In this document: positions 60,801-64,000 of the stretch, piece after piece
Layout of the letters: every line of letters starts with the position of its first letter
How positions within the stretch are numbered: position 1 is the first letter of the stretch
Assembly (NCBI RefSeq): GCF_000150275.1
Contig: NW_002060950.1
Span: 1,662,106-1,726,105 of the forward strand
DNA: 64,000 nt
Direction of reading: 5' to 3'
Source of the DNA: Trichoplax adhaerens
Lineage: Eukaryota; Animalia; Placozoa
Program-made: the position numbers and the translations under genes
The notes under the pieces: model-generated
Database searches by the model: none
The model's input: only the letters and a program-made list of their open reading frames with translations
Told to the model about the DNA's origin: nothing

Positions 60801-61255
60801 GCATCATTCTTTGTAGTATATATTAACCTATTACCTTATTGACTTGCTTACTTATGATTGATGTACGTATATTATCTTTCTATGTATGTGTATCAATTAA
60901 CATACACTATTTGCAACGGTAGACTTCAAATTAATTTAATTTTATCCCTTAATGATATACTCATATGTTCGTAAGGATAACATTTTAGAAGTTGACTCAA
61001 TACATATCATTTTTACTCGTAGGTCAATATTATAAATTAGAAATTGATGATAGCATAGAAGGTTTACCTATCCCCTATTTCACCAATTTTAATCATCGAA
61101 TCAATTACGGTGAATCGGAATTTTTATATCAAGCTGCCGATAAAAGTAAAGCACGTTTAAAGCAATGTAAAAAATTGCAAGAATTGGCTATTTTACAGAG
61201 TGCAGCAAATGGTAGAGGAAATCCAGCGGATTTCCTCGATGATTATTTAAATTAA
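48848..61255 (+). CDS. Uncharacterised N-terminally membrane-anchored Armadillo/HEAT-repeat protein with two C-terminal SPRY domains (~30 exons)
   Basis: Exon 1 (48848-48992) encodes MELILKKHHGWLIGSLTIIVSGVTLIKIVEAWRNRSR and splices in phase to exons at ~50078, ~51033 and ~51486. ARM-like exons follow (ILKENGIVPILRLLNNSDSGVRLWAVTMLLNLSM; RLGIVKEGGVKCLVNLAL). SPRY1 (~58190-60210) reads ACNESWTFESV...WYYEVILKTPGIIQIGWA...GYGVGDDEYSYAFDG...WKEGDIISCLL...WYPGASL...CIFNF. A degenerate SPRY2 reads IYYEV...IIGCG...FFTVNG...INYGESEFLY. Stop at 61255. Middle exons were not all frame-checked. Confidence 0.78.
59787..60086. mobile_element. 300-bp non-autonomous foldback element (MITE), hAT-like termini, in an intron of the ARM-SPRY gene
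   Basis: Perfect terminal inverted repeats TAGGGACTAC (59787) and GTAGTCCCTA (ends 60086), with imperfect arm complementarity continuing inward for >100 bp. Flanking direct repeat GTATAGG at 59780-59786 and 60087-60093. TAGGG termini match the hAT (Ac/Ds-type) pattern. Confidence 0.75.
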
Positions 61256-62156
61256 TACATCATAATAATTCTATTTTTTATATACGTATTAGATAATTTA
61301 AAGTATTTTGTTAACTGTAAATAAAATAATTGATTGGTATGTGTACATAAAATGCTTTGTGGGAAGAAATGAAAATTAGTCGTTAGGTAAAAGGCAAAGT
61401 TCGCTATCATATCCACAATACGACGCAGCATCAGATCTGTTCACCTCTTTCTATCTAATTGAAACAACACATCTTAACATTAATTGAATTCATTACAATG
61501 TACCCCCTCCTACTTTATTGCTATCTTTGTATACCACGACTATATCAGGTATACCTACTCGTAAATTCGTATGAAGAGCAGTCCCGTAGCAAGTGCGAGC
61601 TGCGAAACAGAGTTCATTATTGCCAAGGAGGTGCAAATTTAAAATTGACCTAATAACTTCATTCAAAGTTGCTATTTTAAATATGAGGGAACAGATCATA
61701 ACACAAAACACTAACTAAAATACATTTTGACTTTCTAGAGAGAAGGTAACTGGCTAAGTCGTAATATTATAGATGCTCTGAATCAGTAAATGTAAAAGTT
61801 GCACGAATCCCTCATAACTATCGCAAATATAGTGCTTCCTATGCAGATAGGATCACAGTGTATCGTGTACCATTTCTGACTGCTTTGCATACCATTTAGT
61901 TGCAATACTAATTAAAGATAATCTGATATTAGAGAGGTCGAAGAATGCTAAATATTGATTAATTTCTATTGGATAGAGCTTGTGCAGATTTTACTACTTA
62001 ACTAATCGTTTAAGAAATTAATTTAGTGTTGCCAGGTCAAAATTCTCAACTTGAGCCATATTCCAATATAATTTATCAAAATCTTGATACTGCAAGCTTG
62101 AATATGAGCTAGTGGATGGTATAGTCATGAACTACTGAAGTCAAAATATTACCCTC

Positions 62157-62235
62157 TTCCACCGTCTACTTTCCCTCTCTCTCTCTTACTATAATCTCCG
62201 GGGATTATAGAATAAGAGAGAAGTAGACGGTGGAA
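62157..62235. other. Long hairpin / inverted repeat upstream of NOP14
   Basis: ttccaccgtctactt (62157-62171) pairs with aagtagacggtggaa (62221-62235). ctctctta pairs with taagagag, and ctataatc pairs with gattatag around a tccggg loop. Confidence 0.85.
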
Positions 62236-62710
62236 AATTATATTTGAGTAATCCCTAGTACAATATAGTAGCCGAGAATACTTTGCAAAATTCACCTGGT
62301 ATCATTTGACACAATCAGAGTATAATGTCTGAAACATGTCATAACGTTAGTCCTTTCATATTAGCTGTTGCTAGTCATTGGATCGGATTACAGCAATAAT
62401 AGCCTGGCAAGCATGATCATAGTTCCTAACACTACCATTTAATACAGCTATTACTATAGGAGTTGAATTGGCTATTGCCAATGACGCTGGTAAGTAGCAT
62501 GTTGCTTAGGCTACGATCTTCTCCATCTCCTTCTTCCCTTCTTGCAGAGCTGCAGCTTGGATTCTTCAATTCTACTCGTTAAGAGAGCACTCGAAGGACT
62601 TATTCAATACTATCTAGGCTTTAATACCATCTAATTCAGTGCATGTAGCAACCTTGTAGGTGGATCTCCATTGCAAGCAAGACTCAGGTAACACAAGCAT
62701 TAAAGCAAAC

Positions 62711-62878
62711 ATGAAGAAAAAGACTGCCGATAGAAAGCGATTTTCACGCCAATTAAAGGATTGTCCCATCGATCGTCCTTTCGAGGTTAAAAAAACTAAA
62801 AATAAACGTCATATCCTTGGTACTAAGACTAAAAATGGCCGATTTGCTGGTTATACTAACTCCAAACTGGCTTTAAAG
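62711..62878 (+). CDS. NOP14: Nucleolar protein 14, first coding exon (gene probably continues beyond the window)
   Basis: MKKKTADRKRFSRQLKDCPIDRPFEVKKTKNKRHILGTKTKNGRFAGYTNSKLALK ends at a phase-0 GT donor at 62879. It resembles the Nop14 N-terminal motif NPFEVKxNxxKFxILGRK. No second exon was recognised. Confidence 0.65.
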
Positions 62879-64000
62879 GTACGTATACAATTCTTCTGCC
62901 TAACATTGTCGTATATAGGCAATCGATTGTCTTGTAAGATTCTTGTTATTATGCTTCGGTCTTAATCGAGTTTAATGTCATCGTTTATTCTGTAACTTAC
63001 AACCATTGGAGAGGATAGAATAGGAAGGCAGTTGATCCATGTAAATTGCTCTAGTATCACTAATCATGTTGTTTACCGATGAATGCCGTCATTGAAATGA
63101 AGGTAGCTCTCACCATTGGACTACCTGTTGTCCTTACCGTTGTGATATTACGAAGGGTTGTATAACCGCATGTTGTGATAGAAATAGATTGATACATTAC
63201 TCGAGTATCCGATAATTTCAAAGGTGCAACGGCTATCTGCCATATTCTACCTTCTACTCTGCCAATAGATGCAACAATCTGGATAATATTACGAAACTCC
63301 GCAGGTGTATAGGCGACATTATCCACACGCTTTACAATTCTGTGGGCGTAGAAGTAAGGCGATCACCTAACGTGGGGCTCTTTAATCTCATCATCTACCA
63401 TCAACTCTTTTACCTTGTAGCTATAGATACAGCTATGTAACATTATTCTTTACTGTAACTACTGTAAAACTGATGATCATTCGAAGTAGTACAACAAACG
63501 ATATGAAGATATTCAATCCATTCTACCATCAACTATCATGCCATTTAGGTCGTACGTTAGACTATCCTTCAAAATGGAGATTGATCTCATTGTTACTATT
63601 CGTTAGCTACCAGTTGTCATCATTTTACAAATAATCAACTAGTACTACGATGATATTTATATATATTACGCATTATCTTACTACTAACCAATTAAAGTTG
63701 CTAAGAGGTTATTTCATATGTTCTATGCTGACGTACCAATGGATAAAACCACTGGGGACCATATTACCAAGTCGTTTACGTGATATTGTCCACGTACTCT
63801 ATGATCATCTCATGTAGGAGCTATACAATTACCTAATGTAGGATTTAAATTGGATTATGAGCTATAACAATCACGAAATTCCACGTCTAAGTTGCCATCC
63901 TTCAGCATAATTTAACCATAGGAAGATTTAGTCTTATACCTCGATCATATTCTATAGTATGGCTATCGATGCAACCATTAACATGATTGAATGATGGCTG

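Overview
AT-rich, intron-dense, compact animal genomic DNA with short GT-AG introns. The style fits a placozoan such as Trichoplax, but that is inference, not verified. No prokaryotic features, CRISPR, rRNA or tRNA genes were seen. Exons were spliced by eye and ten protein-coding genes are supported: a PWWP2-like chromatin protein (+), TTC1 (-), an intronless NDST heparan sulfate N-deacetylase/N-sulfotransferase (-), NMNAT (+), a 74-aa PNRC-like decapping-activator microprotein (-), an RNF38/RNF44-like RING-H2 ligase (+), CDC25 phosphatase (+), KCMF1 (-), an unrecognised N-terminally membrane-anchored ARM-repeat protein with two SPRY domains (+), and the first coding exon of NOP14 (+, probably continuing past the window). 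Non-coding structure includes palindromic TACAG/CTGTA pentamer clusters concentrated near gene 5' ends, a six-copy ~325-bp GC-richer satellite with hairpins between the divergent KCMF1 and ARM-SPRY starts, a 119-bp minisatellite in KCMF1 intron 1, a 300-bp hAT-like MITE with target-site duplication, and several hairpins. The best leads are the TM-ARM-SPRY-SPRY gene, the PNRC microprotein, the PWWP2-TTC1 tail-to-tail pair that appears conserved with human, and the promoter-associated TACAG code. All homology statements come from remembered family motifs; no searches were run.
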